A stretch of 64,000 bases of DNA from a virus. Its lineage: Duplodnaviria > Caudoviricetes. Each line of letters begins with the position of its first letter. Position 1 is the stretch's first letter. Position numbers and translations under genes: made by a program. The stretch spans positions 1 through 64,000 of IMG/VR virus record IMGVR_UViG_3300020316_000005; one strand, given 5' to 3'. The notes under the pieces are model-generated. The model saw only the letters and a list, made by a program, of their open reading frames with translations. It ran no database searches and was not told the origin of the DNA. Of the stretch, positions 9,037-18,693 are shown piece by piece.

Positions 9037-9564
9037 TTAAATCCAGTCTGGTTTACGATCAGGTTTACGAAGATAGTTTGTTTTTACCCAGGGTTTTGAT
9101 GCAATGTATTGTTTGTATGCATCATAGGTTGAGATGGTTTTGTCAAACTTGTACACATCGGGCATTGCCCTTGCGAACTCTTCCGCCATACTATAGCACA
9201 CGATTGCTTTTCCAGTACGTCTATGGAAAACTTTTTTTGCGTGGAATAGAGTGGAAGCACAGGAGTGTTGCTTACCATAACGATGTTCATACTCACTACT
9301 GAGACAGCATCCGTGTTGGATCAACCAGGCAGTGTTGTAGATATTTTTACCTGCCCATTTAGTACAAGGGTGGTTACGGAACGCACCTTTTGCAGTTGCG
9401 TAGTAACCACCGTCTTTTTTTGGTAATGGTTCCCAGTCGTAATACCATCCAGAATAGATGATTGCAAGCATTTGACAGCATTCCAATGGCATCTTGACCA
9501 CGTGTTTGTCAGGTAGAACTTGAGCAGAGATACGTGGGTCTGGATGGGTTACGAAAATGTTCAT
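9037..9564 (-). CDS. denV: Pyrimidine-dimer DNA glycosylase (DenV-like)
   Basis: MNIF...DKHVVKMPLECCQML, NHPCTKW, FARAMPD signature. Confidence 0.75.
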   Translation of the reverse strand: MNIFVTHPDPRISAQVLPDKHVVKMPLECCQMLAIIYSGWYYDWEPLPKKDGGYYATAKGAFRNHPCTKWAGKNIYNTAWLIQHGCCLSSEYEHRYGKQHSCASTLFHAKKVFHRRTGKAIVCYSMAEEFARAMPDVYKFDKTISTYDAYKQYIASKPWVKTNYLRKPDRKPDWI

Positions 9565-10076
9565 TAGATGTCGCCTTCGGCACGGTTTTCAGAGCGTTCA
9601 ACAGTGAACTCTCCTTCAGGATAGCGCGTTGCAAGTTTAACGGTGTTACGATAGATGACTTCTTCCATACGAACACCAAGTGCCATACACGCTTGTGCAG
9701 CATACCACATCACATCACCCAGTTCAACGATGAGGTGTTCCTTGTTAGCATTGTCATAGGGTTTGCCTTGGAACTTGAGTTTCTTGACGATCTCCATAAA
9801 CTCACCTGCCTCAGCAACGAGACCAGACGCAGCAGTATCAAGTCGCTGAATCTTACAACCAGATCGTTGCAGTTCTGCATAACGAGTCAGAAGAACATCA
9901 AAATCTTTAGACTCTTCACTACAAGTCATATCACAGAACTTGAGGTACTCGTCAAGGTCAACCTCAAACTTACCCTTTGCTTTGGCATCAATCTTTTCCT
10001 TTACTGCTTTACCCTTAGGAGTAGAAGGTCCGTCACCGAAACCTGCGGGAGTAGGATCAACTTTTGCTTTTGCCAT
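9564..10076 (-). CDS. mazG: MazG-family nucleotide pyrophosphohydrolase
   Basis: GLVAEAGEFMEIVKK...ELGDVMWY...N.VKL..RYP. Confidence 0.9.
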   Translation of the reverse strand: MAKAKVDPTPAGFGDGPSTPKGKAVKEKIDAKAKGKFEVDLDEYLKFCDMTCSEESKDFDVLLTRYAELQRSGCKIQRLDTAASGLVAEAGEFMEIVKKLKFQGKPYDNANKEHLIVELGDVMWYAAQACMALGVRMEEVIYRNTVKLATRYPEGEFTVERSENRAEGDI

Positions 10077-10078
10077 AA

Positions 10079-11455
10079 TTAGATTTTGAAACCGTCGAAT
10101 GAAGTGTTTGAAATTTGCAGAATGTCAGTAGTTTCTACTGACTTGTCTTGACCAGAGTCGATGATATTTTCTTGCTCATTGCAATCATACAATCTCATCT
10201 TTGCTCTGTCAATACCCACGACGAATCTCTTGTTCATCGTTGGGTCGTTATATCTATTCTTCAACTGCTTGACCATAATCTGATTCTGTGCCTCAAGATC
10301 TTCTGTAGAGATCAAAGCAAACATAAAATCAGCAGTTGCAGGAAGACCGAATGATTCGGATGTATCTGTCAGGTCTACATCTGAGTTTCCATAACCGCTC
10401 CTAGTAGTTTGCGTAGCAGACACGATAGGAACATTATGCTCACCAGCAAGACCACGTAGTTCTTCAGCAATGGCTTTCACAAACGTGTATGAGTTAACAA
10501 TAGCACCCTTGTATCGATTTGAACTACAAATGTTGAGATAATCAACATAGATGATGTCAGGAACGAAAGACTTTTTGATAGCAAGTTCCTGAAGAAGTGC
10601 TTTGAAGTGACCAACGTGTGCTGATGCAGTTGGATATTCCTTGATGATCAACCGACCTTGTGTCTTCTTAGTAACCCTTTCGATCTTAGAGTCGAACATA
10701 GGTTTAGGAAGTGTCTCAAGTTGTTGAACACTAACGTTCAGAAGGTTGGCATCAATACGCTCAGCAATTTTCTCCTCTGCCATCTCCATTGTGATGTAGA
10801 GAACATTGAGTCCTGCTGTGAGATTAGCAGCAGCACAGTGACACATAAACAATGACTTACCAACACCTGTGCCAGCAAGTGCAATGTTGAGTGTCTTCTT
10901 AGAGATGCCTCCTTTGGTAACCTTGTTCATCATCTCAAGGTCAAAGGGAATCTTCTCTTCGATACGATGATAGAAAGCAAAACGATCATCAGCGTCTTCA
11001 AGGTAATCGTGACCAACTGAGTTATCAAAACTCACACTGAGTGCCTTGGATAGGATACTAGGGATAGCATCTCTACCAAACTCTTTGTGATCTCCCTCAG
11101 CAATCTGAATAGATTCCAGGAGTGCATTATAGATGGCACGATCACGACACCACTTCTCTGTGGTATCACACAACCAGTTCTCTTCGTGCGGTTCTTCAAC
11201 TAGACCATCGATGAAGGTGCTGATCTCTTTGAAAGAAGATTCATTGAGATCTGTGCGTCCTTCAAGTTCAATCCTCAACGCATCCATTGTAGGAAGCGTA
11301 TCATAATTAGTCAGGTATGAAGAGATCTCTTCAAACAGAACTTTGTTGTTATAGTTCTCAAAGTAATCCGCTGAAATATGTGGGATAACTTTGCGAGTAT
11401 AGTCCTGATTGAAAACCAGTGAATTGACTACCAGTTCTTCAATCGAATTAGACAT
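10079..11455 (-). CDS. g41: Replicative DNA helicase gp41
   Basis: AGTGVGKS, ITMEMAEE, IKEYPT, VDYLN, SESFGLPATAD. Confidence 0.97.
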   Translation of the reverse strand: MSNSIEELVVNSLVFNQDYTRKVIPHISADYFENYNNKVLFEEISSYLTNYDTLPTMDALRIELEGRTDLNESSFKEISTFIDGLVEEPHEENWLCDTTEKWCRDRAIYNALLESIQIAEGDHKEFGRDAIPSILSKALSVSFDNSVGHDYLEDADDRFAFYHRIEEKIPFDLEMMNKVTKGGISKKTLNIALAGTGVGKSLFMCHCAAANLTAGLNVLYITMEMAEEKIAERIDANLLNVSVQQLETLPKPMFDSKIERVTKKTQGRLIIKEYPTASAHVGHFKALLQELAIKKSFVPDIIYVDYLNICSSNRYKGAIVNSYTFVKAIAEELRGLAGEHNVPIVSATQTTRSGYGNSDVDLTDTSESFGLPATADFMFALISTEDLEAQNQIMVKQLKNRYNDPTMNKRFVVGIDRAKMRLYDCNEQENIIDSGQDKSVETTDILQISNTSFDGFKI

Positions 11456-12026
11456 AGTGGCAATAAGTTCCTGCGATGTATTTGTCGTTAGAGACAGTTG
11501 GGTTCCCAGAATGTGGGAAGGTCCACATTGGTGGGAAGATTAGTAGTCTACCACACTTAGGTTTGATTGCAATGTTACCGAAGTCAGTTTCTCCACCTTC
11601 TTCAACATCGTTTAGATACCAGAAGAGTGTGAGGAACCTACGGGCAGACTCGTAGTCACCCACATCAACGTGACGATCAAATCTATCGTCAGTGCCAGCA
11701 CGATACTTCTTGATACGGAACTGTTCAATAGTGCTTCTTGCTGGGAAGAACTGTCTACAGTCAACATCATCCATATACTTCTGTACATAATTATGTGCAG
11801 ACTCGATGAATGCATTGTGGATCAGACCCCAATCTTCTAGTGCTGTAAGATCTTCAGATCCTTCTAGTTTTTGGGTAAGGTTAAACTGTTGAAACTGTGG
11901 ACGACCATTACGATCCCAATCCTCAATATCTTCATCATCCAGTTTTTCAAATAGTCTGATCGCATTTTTACATACAGTATCTGGAATAGAATAGTCGTAA
12001 TACCTGATTAGATCATCAAGTTCCAT
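11448..12026 (-). CDS. Prolyl-4-hydroxylase-like 2OG-Fe(II) oxygenase
   Basis: RHVD...[13 protein letters not shown]...FPP.WTFPH...KY; start trimmed to MELDD. Confidence 0.85.
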   Translation of the reverse strand: MELDDLIRYYDYSIPDTVCKNAIRLFEKLDDEDIEDWDRNGRPQFQQFNLTQKLEGSEDLTALEDWGLIHNAFIESAHNYVQKYMDDVDCRQFFPARSTIEQFRIKKYRAGTDDRFDRHVDVGDYESARRFLTLFWYLNDVEEGGETDFGNIAIKPKCGRLLIFPPMWTFPHSGNPTVSNDKYIAGTYCHYV

Positions 12027-13032
12027 AACCAAACTCCTTTTGTGCACACTCGTCTAGTGCTTGCATCACTTCTGGCGTGAAATACTTCTCAGGATTGGCA
12101 AGAATAACAGAAGGAAAAACGGAAGATTCCCCAACAACAACCCGATTTCCCTTACGCTCGAAGACTCCGTACTTCTCACCCAGTTCCAGTAAGCCGTAGT
12201 ATTTGTCAAGACCTCGCTCGTCATAAAAAAGACGTGTTTCAACTTTACTATTCTCCTGTGTGAATCGTGACTTCTTCGCTTCGCATTTAATAATGTTACC
12301 TACGATTTCTTTTTTAGAGTCACGCTCCTTACTTTTGGTAAGGAAGATGATGGTGGATGCAGCATACTTAAGTCCACTGCCACCACCCATTTCTTTTGTA
12401 GGAACATACGCACCAACTACATCATATGTATGGTTAGTGACGATTAACGGAACGTTACAACGTCCGAGTTCCAAAGTCAAAACACGGAAGATTGCTTTCA
12501 CAACTTGAGCACGAGTCATATCACGTGTCTCTTTACCTTCAGCAGAATCCTGAACCTCTTTGGTAGTAGAAAGCATACCCAAAGAGTCAAGCACAAACAT
12601 CATAGGTTTGCGATCTGCTTCCTTCTGTTCCTTATACTTCTTGAGCACGTTGAGTGCTTGTGTACGAAACTCCTGTACGGTTGTGACAGGAACAATAATC
12701 ATACGATTAGAATCGATACCACGATCCTCAATCATTGCCTTAGAAATGGCGGACTCAGATTCAAAATAAATGACTCCAGCATCAGGATCAGTATCGAGGA
12801 AGTGACGAACGACACTAAGAGTAAAAAAAGTTTTTCCAGTGCTGCTCTCTCCTGCAAGAGCGGTGATCTTGTTTGAAGGAAGACCTCCATAAATCGAACC
12901 ACTAACCAGGGCATTGAAAATATAAGAACCAGTGTCAATGAAGTTAGAAACATCACCTGCAGCAATGCCATCACTAACAATAGAGGCATACTCATTGCCA
13001 ATATCTTTCACAACGTCGTTGAGGAAACTCAT
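12016..13032 (-). CDS. uvsX: RecA-like recombinase UvsX
   Basis: [24 protein letters not shown]; start trimmed to MSFLND. Confidence 0.96.
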   Translation of the reverse strand: MSFLNDVVKDIGNEYASIVSDGIAAGDVSNFIDTGSYIFNALVSGSIYGGLPSNKITALAGESSTGKTFFTLSVVRHFLDTDPDAGVIYFESESAISKAMIEDRGIDSNRMIIVPVTTVQEFRTQALNVLKKYKEQKEADRKPMMFVLDSLGMLSTTKEVQDSAEGKETRDMTRAQVVKAIFRVLTLELGRCNVPLIVTNHTYDVVGAYVPTKEMGGGSGLKYAASTIIFLTKSKERDSKKEIVGNIIKCEAKKSRFTQENSKVETRLFYDERGLDKYYGLLELGEKYGVFERKGNRVVVGESSVFPSVILANPEKYFTPEVMQALDECAQKEFGYGT

Positions 13033-15512
13033 ACAAAAAACTCCATAAGGGATGCGACACGTTCTGCTTGCCAATCGATGGTATCGAGAATGACCTGCAG
13101 TGGGTCAAGAAAACTTTTCTTGAATTGTAGATCGTAATCGATGGACTTGTCAAGTCCAAACTCTTTAGGCAATGTTTGGAAGAATGATACAACATTCTCA
13201 TTGATCCTGTTTGGGGTGCGAAGATACAGGAACTTCACCTTCTCTCCCTCCTGAATCAGAGGGTACTTGTGGGTGAGTTTGTTTTTCTTCACGTGGAAGT
13301 TATATAGTAGCGCACCCCGAACGTGAATAGGAGTGCCCTTGCTATACACACTAACTGGATTTGAGAATTTGCTGACACCGTTGCAACCTCGTGGGAATGC
13401 AACATCCTCGGGTGGAAGTGACTCAAACTTCTTACGGAAGTCAGCGACGAAATCTTGGAGATCGGACTCCTCTTGGTTCATAATCACCTTGAGGGCATCC
13501 TTAATAGCAGTCCTGCAAGCAGCAGGTGTTGATGATTTGACTGCTTCAATACCCATAATCTTCAGTTTGGGTTCAGTGAAGCGGACACCTTCGATGTCCC
13601 AGGCATTCAGGATGTAGCGTTTCTTGGCAGTCCATATACCTTTGTTGGCAATGGTCTCCCGCTTCATAATCATCTTCTGGTCATACGCTTGCACGTACGT
13701 CGCCAACTCCTGATATGAACGTTCAATAAAAGGTTCGAGTTTCTCTTGGCAGATCTTGTCAAGTAGTCCCACAAGTGCTGTTTTGTCGCCAGACTTATGA
13801 CTAAGAAATTTATCAACAATAGGTCCAAGATGAATATAGATTGAGTCAGTGTCGGATGCAATGACATAATCTTCGTTCTCTGTTTGTAGCAGTTTATTTA
13901 GGTATTCATTCATACTGTTTTCAATCCAACGAATAGAAACCTGCCCTGAAAGGGTGATTGCTTCAGCATTCGCTAGGTTGTAATACCTAAAGTATTGGTT
14001 GCCAATAGCACCATAGGCAGAGTTCAGTTGGATCTTACGTGCCATCTGGATGTTGTTGAATGCACTGATGGCATCCTGCAATTTAGGATCACCAGTCTTT
14101 TCAAACTCTCTCTTGGCATCAAGCATCTTTCCTTTGAAGATCTTACGTTCATCGTAGATCTTCTGCATCATCTCTGGGAGGAATCCTTGAATGTCCTTTC
14201 GGAATTGTGCTCCGTTGGCACACACACAGTAATCTCCACTCCCGATTTGTACTTCTTGACGGAGCAATCCATCAACAGAGGCGGTGGGATGACGCCTGTC
14301 GATGAGGGTTTCAGGCGAAATATTATACTGCATAATGAGGTGAGGATACAGAGAGTTAAGGTCAAACGAAACCACCCATTCATAAAGACCTGGTTTAGGT
14401 TCTTTGACATACGCTCCTGCATACTTGTCATTCTTGCTTGGTGCGTCTTGTTTTGGCGGGACACAGATCTTACGCTCCTTAAGATAGTTGTAGATAAGAG
14501 TGTCCCACATACGCACCTGTGAGTACACATCTTCAAAGTTCACCTTGGCATCGTATGCCATAGTGACAGCAAGTTCGAGAAGTTTCATTTTCTTCTCAAG
14601 ACGATCTACCAGTTCAACGTCAACTACGTTGTATTCAACAAACTTCTGCCAGTCATTTGTATAGAATGCCTTGAAGTTTTCAAACTCACTGTGGTCCAGT
14701 TTCTTCTGACCCAGTTCAACGTTGGCAATGTGATCCAGTCGATAGGATTCTTGATTGGTATAAGTAAACTTCTTGTACAGATCAAGATAGTCCAGGATGC
14801 TGACACCGACAATCTCGTATGCCAGATTCCTACGACCTTGGATATAGACCTCACGCATATTGACTTTGCCCCAAGGAGACAAACTCTTCATCCACTTCTC
14901 ACCCATCACACGCTCAATGCGGCGACAGATGTACGGGATGTCGTACAGGTTGCAGTTCCAACCCGTGACAATATCGGGTGTGTTGTCCACCCACCATTTA
15001 TGGAAATCTGTAAGCATCTCCTGCTCCGTCCAGAAGCAGCGATACTCAGTATCGATCTTTGCCTCACGGGTTCCCCAAGTGATGAACTTGCCAGAGGACA
15101 GATCCTTGACAGTAATCAACAGCAGTTTCTCTGCTGCTGCTTCAGTATCGGGGAAACCGTTTTCGCATTCAACCTCAATGTCAATCGTGTAGATCTTCAT
15201 CGTGCGGAGGTTGAACTTCATCCGCTCAGGATACTTCTCACTGATCCACTGGTATACGAATCGCTCGTAACCGTGAACCTCAAACCCATCCACGTCCTTG
15301 TACTTCGCGATAAACTCACGAGCACGACGAGCACCATCTTGTACCACAGGGGACATCTTCTGTCCGTCTACTGACCTCCAGTCGCCCTTCTGAGATGGCA
15401 CAAACAAAGTTGGTTTGATAACCTCTCGGAATGAGATCTGCTGACCATTCTCATACCCACGGCAGAGAATGGTATCACCGAGCAACGTGACGTTAGTATA
15501 GATTGAACTCAA
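13029..15512 (-). CDS. g43: Family B DNA polymerase gp43
   Basis: DIE exonuclease motif, [23 protein letters not shown]; uninterrupted. Confidence 0.98.
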   Translation of the reverse strand: MSSIYTNVTLLGDTILCRGYENGQQISFREVIKPTLFVPSQKGDWRSVDGQKMSPVVQDGARRAREFIAKYKDVDGFEVHGYERFVYQWISEKYPERMKFNLRTMKIYTIDIEVECENGFPDTEAAAEKLLLITVKDLSSGKFITWGTREAKIDTEYRCFWTEQEMLTDFHKWWVDNTPDIVTGWNCNLYDIPYICRRIERVMGEKWMKSLSPWGKVNMREVYIQGRRNLAYEIVGVSILDYLDLYKKFTYTNQESYRLDHIANVELGQKKLDHSEFENFKAFYTNDWQKFVEYNVVDVELVDRLEKKMKLLELAVTMAYDAKVNFEDVYSQVRMWDTLIYNYLKERKICVPPKQDAPSKNDKYAGAYVKEPKPGLYEWVVSFDLNSLYPHLIMQYNISPETLIDRRHPTASVDGLLRQEVQIGSGDYCVCANGAQFRKDIQGFLPEMMQKIYDERKIFKGKMLDAKREFEKTGDPKLQDAISAFNNIQMARKIQLNSAYGAIGNQYFRYYNLANAEAITLSGQVSIRWIENSMNEYLNKLLQTENEDYVIASDTDSIYIHLGPIVDKFLSHKSGDKTALVGLLDKICQEKLEPFIERSYQELATYVQAYDQKMIMKRETIANKGIWTAKKRYILNAWDIEGVRFTEPKLKIMGIEAVKSSTPAACRTAIKDALKVIMNQEESDLQDFVADFRKKFESLPPEDVAFPRGCNGVSKFSNPVSVYSKGTPIHVRGALLYNFHVKKNKLTHKYPLIQEGEKVKFLYLRTPNRINENVVSFFQTLPKEFGLDKSIDYDLQFKKSFLDPLQVILDTIDWQAERVASLMEFFV

Positions 15513-15745
15513 AGTGCCTTCTTGTAGTTGGTAATGGTCTCTTCAGACGGATCTACTATAGTAAGAATCACGTCGGAAGTCAAGAAAATATCCCGTTGGT
15601 CAGTGTACTTTGGGTAGTTTGACATACCCTCGTCAGTGACCATTTTACATCCACTGATAAGGTACGAGGGTTCCTCGTCCAGTTCAGTGACTTCACCCAT
15701 CAAGTGACTGTGGTCCTTGAGGATTACTATTTTGAGTGGTACCAT
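15509..15745 (-). CDS. Small hypothetical protein (Sm-like fold candidate)
   Basis: 78 aa, coupled to g43. Confidence 0.6.
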   Translation of the reverse strand: MVPLKIVILKDHSHLMGEVTELDEEPSYLISGCKMVTDEGMSNYPKYTDQRDIFLTSDVILTIVDPSEETITNYKKAL

Positions 15746-16073
15746 TTTGTGCCTCTGCTAATTTTTCCCATTTGTTTTTAACCTCTGGATGTGGGTTATA
15801 GATTGTTGCTACATTGTTTAGAACACATAGCGTTCTGTTGTGCTCGGACAATGGGATCCAAGGAAACATTTGTAGGTTTAGATCGTTGATCTTCTGAGGT
15901 GTATCTTCTGTACCTTCCTCAAACAACATCTCAGCAGTTGCTTCGATAGTAATCTGATAGGGGTTTGTCAACATATACCCCAAAGGTGCATAAGAGTTCT
16001 GGTCAGGATATGCTTCCTGAACATCAGCGATCACGTCCTCGCCGTTTACCATTCTTACGATTTTTACGGTCAT
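15693..16073 (-). CDS. Hypothetical protein (Sm-like fold candidate)
   Basis: VKIVRMVNGEDVIADV...PWIP motif shared with 23832 and 35716. Confidence 0.7.
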   Translation of the reverse strand: MTVKIVRMVNGEDVIADVQEAYPDQNSYAPLGYMLTNPYQITIEATAEMLFEEGTEDTPQKINDLNLQMFPWIPLSEHNRTLCVLNNVATIYNPHPEVKNKWEKLAEAQNGTTQNSNPQGPQSLDG

Positions 16074-16266
16074 AGGATTTTTCAGTTAGTTGTTGATAAA
16101 CATTGCGAACAAGGTCACCAAAAGCACGACGCTGCTGAATGTTTTTTTCATCAGCAAGTGTACGTGCATAGTATAGCACCTCATCGACAAATTCGGTAGG
16201 GATGTCAAGCGTTACACTTTCGTATTCCTCACACGACTTGGGCGTACAATTTACATAGTGGTTCAT
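16024..16266 (-). CDS. Small hypothetical protein
   Basis: GGAGG Shine-Dalgarno upstream of ATG 16266. Confidence 0.6.
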   Translation of the reverse strand: MNHYVNCTPKSCEEYESVTLDIPTEFVDEVLYYARTLADEKNIQQRRAFGDLVRNVYQQLTEKSYDRKNRKNGKRRGRDR

Positions 16267-16280
16267 TTTCACCTCCAAAC

Positions 16281-16311
16281 AAAAAGAGACCCCCGTCAGG
16301 GTGGTCTCTTT
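16281..16311 (-). terminator. Rho-independent terminator (possibly bidirectional)
   Basis: AAAGAGACC...GGTCTCTTT inverted repeat with A/T tails. Confidence 0.7.
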
Positions 16312-16327
16312 AGTTGCACACTATATA

Positions 16328-16513
16328 TCAGTAATCGTCACTGATGAAACTTTCACAAGTGTCTGGGTTCTTCTTACACCAGTTTCTGACATAAGAATCT
16401 GCATCAACTTCCATAGTGTAGTGAGCGTGATTGTGCAAGAGTCCTATCACGATCAAAGTCCCCACTAGCAATCCATTAAACAGGGTCACTGGGTGTGTCA
16501 GCACCCGTAGCAT
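16328..16513 (-). CDS. Small single-TM hypothetical protein
   Basis: Hydrophobic LFNGLLVGTLIVIGLL followed by HNHAH and a Cys pair. Confidence 0.55.
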   Translation of the reverse strand: MLRVLTHPVTLFNGLLVGTLIVIGLLHNHAHYTMEVDADSYVRNWCKKNPDTCESFISDDY

Positions 16514-16952
16514 CAATTTCATAGACCTTCAGTTTCTGGTGATCAGGAATGATCTTCCGTAATTCTATCACCAAAAGTCCATTTGTGAAGGTGACTGTGC
16601 CAATTTCAACATCGTCACTCAGATTGAATCCTCTAGCGAAGGTACGAGTGGAAACGCCGCGATGGAGATACTCCTCCTCACTCTTGTTCTTCGCTGCCTT
16701 GGACTTGATGAGCAGGACGTTGCTCTCAGTGCTCACTTCAATGTCGTCCTTGTCCCATCCAGCAAGTGCTAGTTCGATCCTCCATTGAACCTCAGATTCC
16801 TTGATGATGTTGTAGGGAGGATACTGTCCGCCTGGTGATCCTACTCCGTAGGAATGCAAGCGATAAAATAGGTCATCAAAACCTACAGAATATCTTTTTG
16901 ACGCATCAAAAATTGCGTCGATGTCTTTCGACGTAAACTTAGTAATGTCCAT
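16476..16952 (-). CDS. hsp20: Small heat-shock protein Hsp20
   Basis: YPPYNI, ELALAG, YLHRG...F.R.F.L, NGLL alpha-crystallin motifs; AAGGAG SD. Confidence 0.95.
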   Translation of the reverse strand: MDITKFTSKDIDAIFDASKRYSVGFDDLFYRLHSYGVGSPGGQYPPYNIIKESEVQWRIELALAGWDKDDIEVSTESNVLLIKSKAAKNKSEEEYLHRGVSTRTFARGFNLSDDVEIGTVTFTNGLLVIELRKIIPDHQKLKVYEIDATGADTPSDPV

Positions 16953-17003
16953 AGCTCCTTATTAAGCGAGATAGTTTTTTTGTTGTCCCCGAAGGCGACG
17001 AGT

Positions 17004-17011
17004 TATTTATT
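17004..17011 (-). promoter_or_regulatory. Late promoter AATAAATA for hsp20
   Basis: Intergenic, upstream of the hsp20 leader. Confidence 0.65.
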
Positions 17012-17082
17012 GATATATCTTCAGTCTCAGAGTTCGGAGTTCCGTACGCTACATTTTCGGTTTTCCGCAAGCATTTCTTTTA

Positions 17083-17090
17083 GCTAAATA
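17083..17090 (+). promoter_or_regulatory. Late promoter GCTAAATA for the plus-strand operon
   Basis: 30 nt upstream of 17121; same CTAAATA core as other late sites. Confidence 0.6.
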
Positions 17091-17120
17091 GGCTTAGAAC
17101 TAACTTTATTAAACGGGTTA

Positions 17121-17615
17121 ATGAAAAAAGCATTACTAGCTTTTGGAATGATTTTGATGGCAACACCCGCATATGCTGGTGGTCTTGTTACTAAGCACTC
17201 AGCAAGTGTTCAACTGACTGTTGATGCTGCACGTGCTACTGCCACAAGAATTGGGTCCTCGTTCAGTATCTCAGGATCAAATATTGATACTACGGACGGG
17301 TCAACTGCAGGAACAGTTTCTGCTGGTACTATCACCTCTGGTGTGTACAATCCTGGCACTATTGCTGCCACACAGGATACTGCTGGAGCAGCATTCAGTT
17401 TCAGTCAATCTTATACACAGGCTGACGCTGTACCCACAAGTGCTACAACTTTGGGTGCTAATCCTAACTTCGGTTCACTTACGACTTATGCGGCAGGCAC
17501 AAAAGACACCCTGGCAGGTACTGTAACCAGTGCAGGTGTTCTCACCGTGACGGCTGGTGGGGCAGGTACAAGTGCTACAGGTCAATACGTGAGCGAGATC
17601 ACCGTCATTGACTGA
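17121..17615 (+). CDS. Secreted Thr/Ala/Gly/Ser-rich beta protein with signal peptide
   Basis: MKKALLAFGMILMATPAYA Sec signal with AxA site; near charge-free mature region. Confidence 0.8.
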   Translation: MKKALLAFGMILMATPAYAGGLVTKHSASVQLTVDAARATATRIGSSFSISGSNIDTTDGSTAGTVSAGTITSGVYNPGTIAATQDTAGAAFSFSQSYTQADAVPTSATTLGANPNFGSLTTYAAGTKDTLAGTVTSAGVLTVTAGGAGTSATGQYVSEITVID

Positions 17616-18058
17616 TGACTTCTGGAAAGACGATACTTTGGTGTGTCCTGTCTGTGGTGGGTGTAAGTGCCATACTTGCACCTGCCCAGGCGGTCCCCGT
17701 GGTCCCAAATTTTCAGCAGGGCTCAATGACGAGCCACACAGAAACAACATCAAAGATAACCGAGACCATAAATTCAATGGACTACTCAACTGGTTATCAA
17801 TATTCCGCAACAGGTAGTGGTGTAACCGCTAATGGAAATCTGTCTCCAGGGACAGGACCTGTAACTGTAACTATTAACGGAGTGACTTCGCAATGGACTG
17901 GCGTGACAAGTACACCTCAATTCACACAAACAACACCAGGAGCAGCGTTTCAATTCACGCAGACGTACAAAGGTCCTGGTTTGCAAAACCATACGATTAT
18001 CGAAAGAGTGACCGAGGTCACAAGCGTAACAGATACCACAAGTATCTTCTCCCAATAA
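17615..18058 (+). CDS. Secreted Thr-rich beta protein with signal peptide
   Basis: MTSGKTILWCVLSVVGVSAILAPAQA signal; TGATG coupling to the previous gene. Confidence 0.8.
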   Translation: MTSGKTILWCVLSVVGVSAILAPAQAVPVVPNFQQGSMTSHTETTSKITETINSMDYSTGYQYSATGSGVTANGNLSPGTGPVTVTINGVTSQWTGVTSTPQFTQTTPGAAFQFTQTYKGPGLQNHTIIERVTEVTSVTDTTSIFSQ

Positions 18059-18693
18059 TTGCTGCTTTAGTAGCATCACCTGTAAATGCAGAATCAGTAG
18101 GTGGTGTGTCTGCTACTGCAGCTCCAGTGGCAAATAGCTCTGGCTCAGTGACCAACCAAGCTATCCAGGTTTTACAAGGTCCATATATTACTAACACTTA
18201 TGGGGGAGGGATCCAGTGTCAAGGTGAAACTGTAAACTTCACACCTTTCATCACTGGTAGTGCATCAGCACAGAAACCTTTTGAGGATTTCTATGATACT
18301 CCTGTGTACGATATGCGTGACTTAGATGATGACGGGGCACCTGATAATCCTGGGGACATATTATTCTACCAACCGACACGTACTGGACAAAAAGATAACT
18401 ACAACATCTCTGTAGGTATTAGTGCAACGTGGTCTGTTCCAAAAGATAAGAAACTACAAGCACTTTGTAAGGAAGCAGCACAAGCAAACATTGCTTTGAT
18501 GCAACAAGCACAAGCAAATAAGAGATTGGATTTTGAGATCGCAAGATTAAAGAATTGCGGAGAATTATTAAAATCTGGAATTCGCTTTGCCCCTGGTACA
18601 AAATATGCAAAGATCTGTGAGGATGTACAAGTGAAAGGTGTGAACTTTATGGTTCCACACATACACCCCATCCCTGACCTCCCTAAGAACTAA
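17893..18693 (+). CDS. Putative exported / outer-membrane protein (TolC-half-like pattern); start uncertain
   Basis: KYLLPIIAALVASPVNA signal-like segment; amphipathic strand SVGISATWSVP followed by a long helix; four Cys. Confidence 0.7.
   Translation: MDWRDKYTSIHTNNTRSSVSIHADVQRSWFAKPYDYRKSDRGHKRNRYHKYLLPIIAALVASPVNAESVGGVSATAAPVANSSGSVTNQAIQVLQGPYITNTYGGGIQCQGETVNFTPFITGSASAQKPFEDFYDTPVYDMRDLDDDGAPDNPGDILFYQPTRTGQKDNYNISVGISATWSVPKDKKLQALCKEAAQANIALMQQAQANKRLDFEIARLKNCGELLKSGIRFAPGTKYAKICEDVQVKGVNFMVPHIHPIPDLPKN

Noticed and set aside
17608-17817. 69 aa plus-strand ORF with apparent CxxC motifs
   Set aside because: Alternative frame of the signal-peptide gene 17615; Cys arises from GT-rich Val codons.
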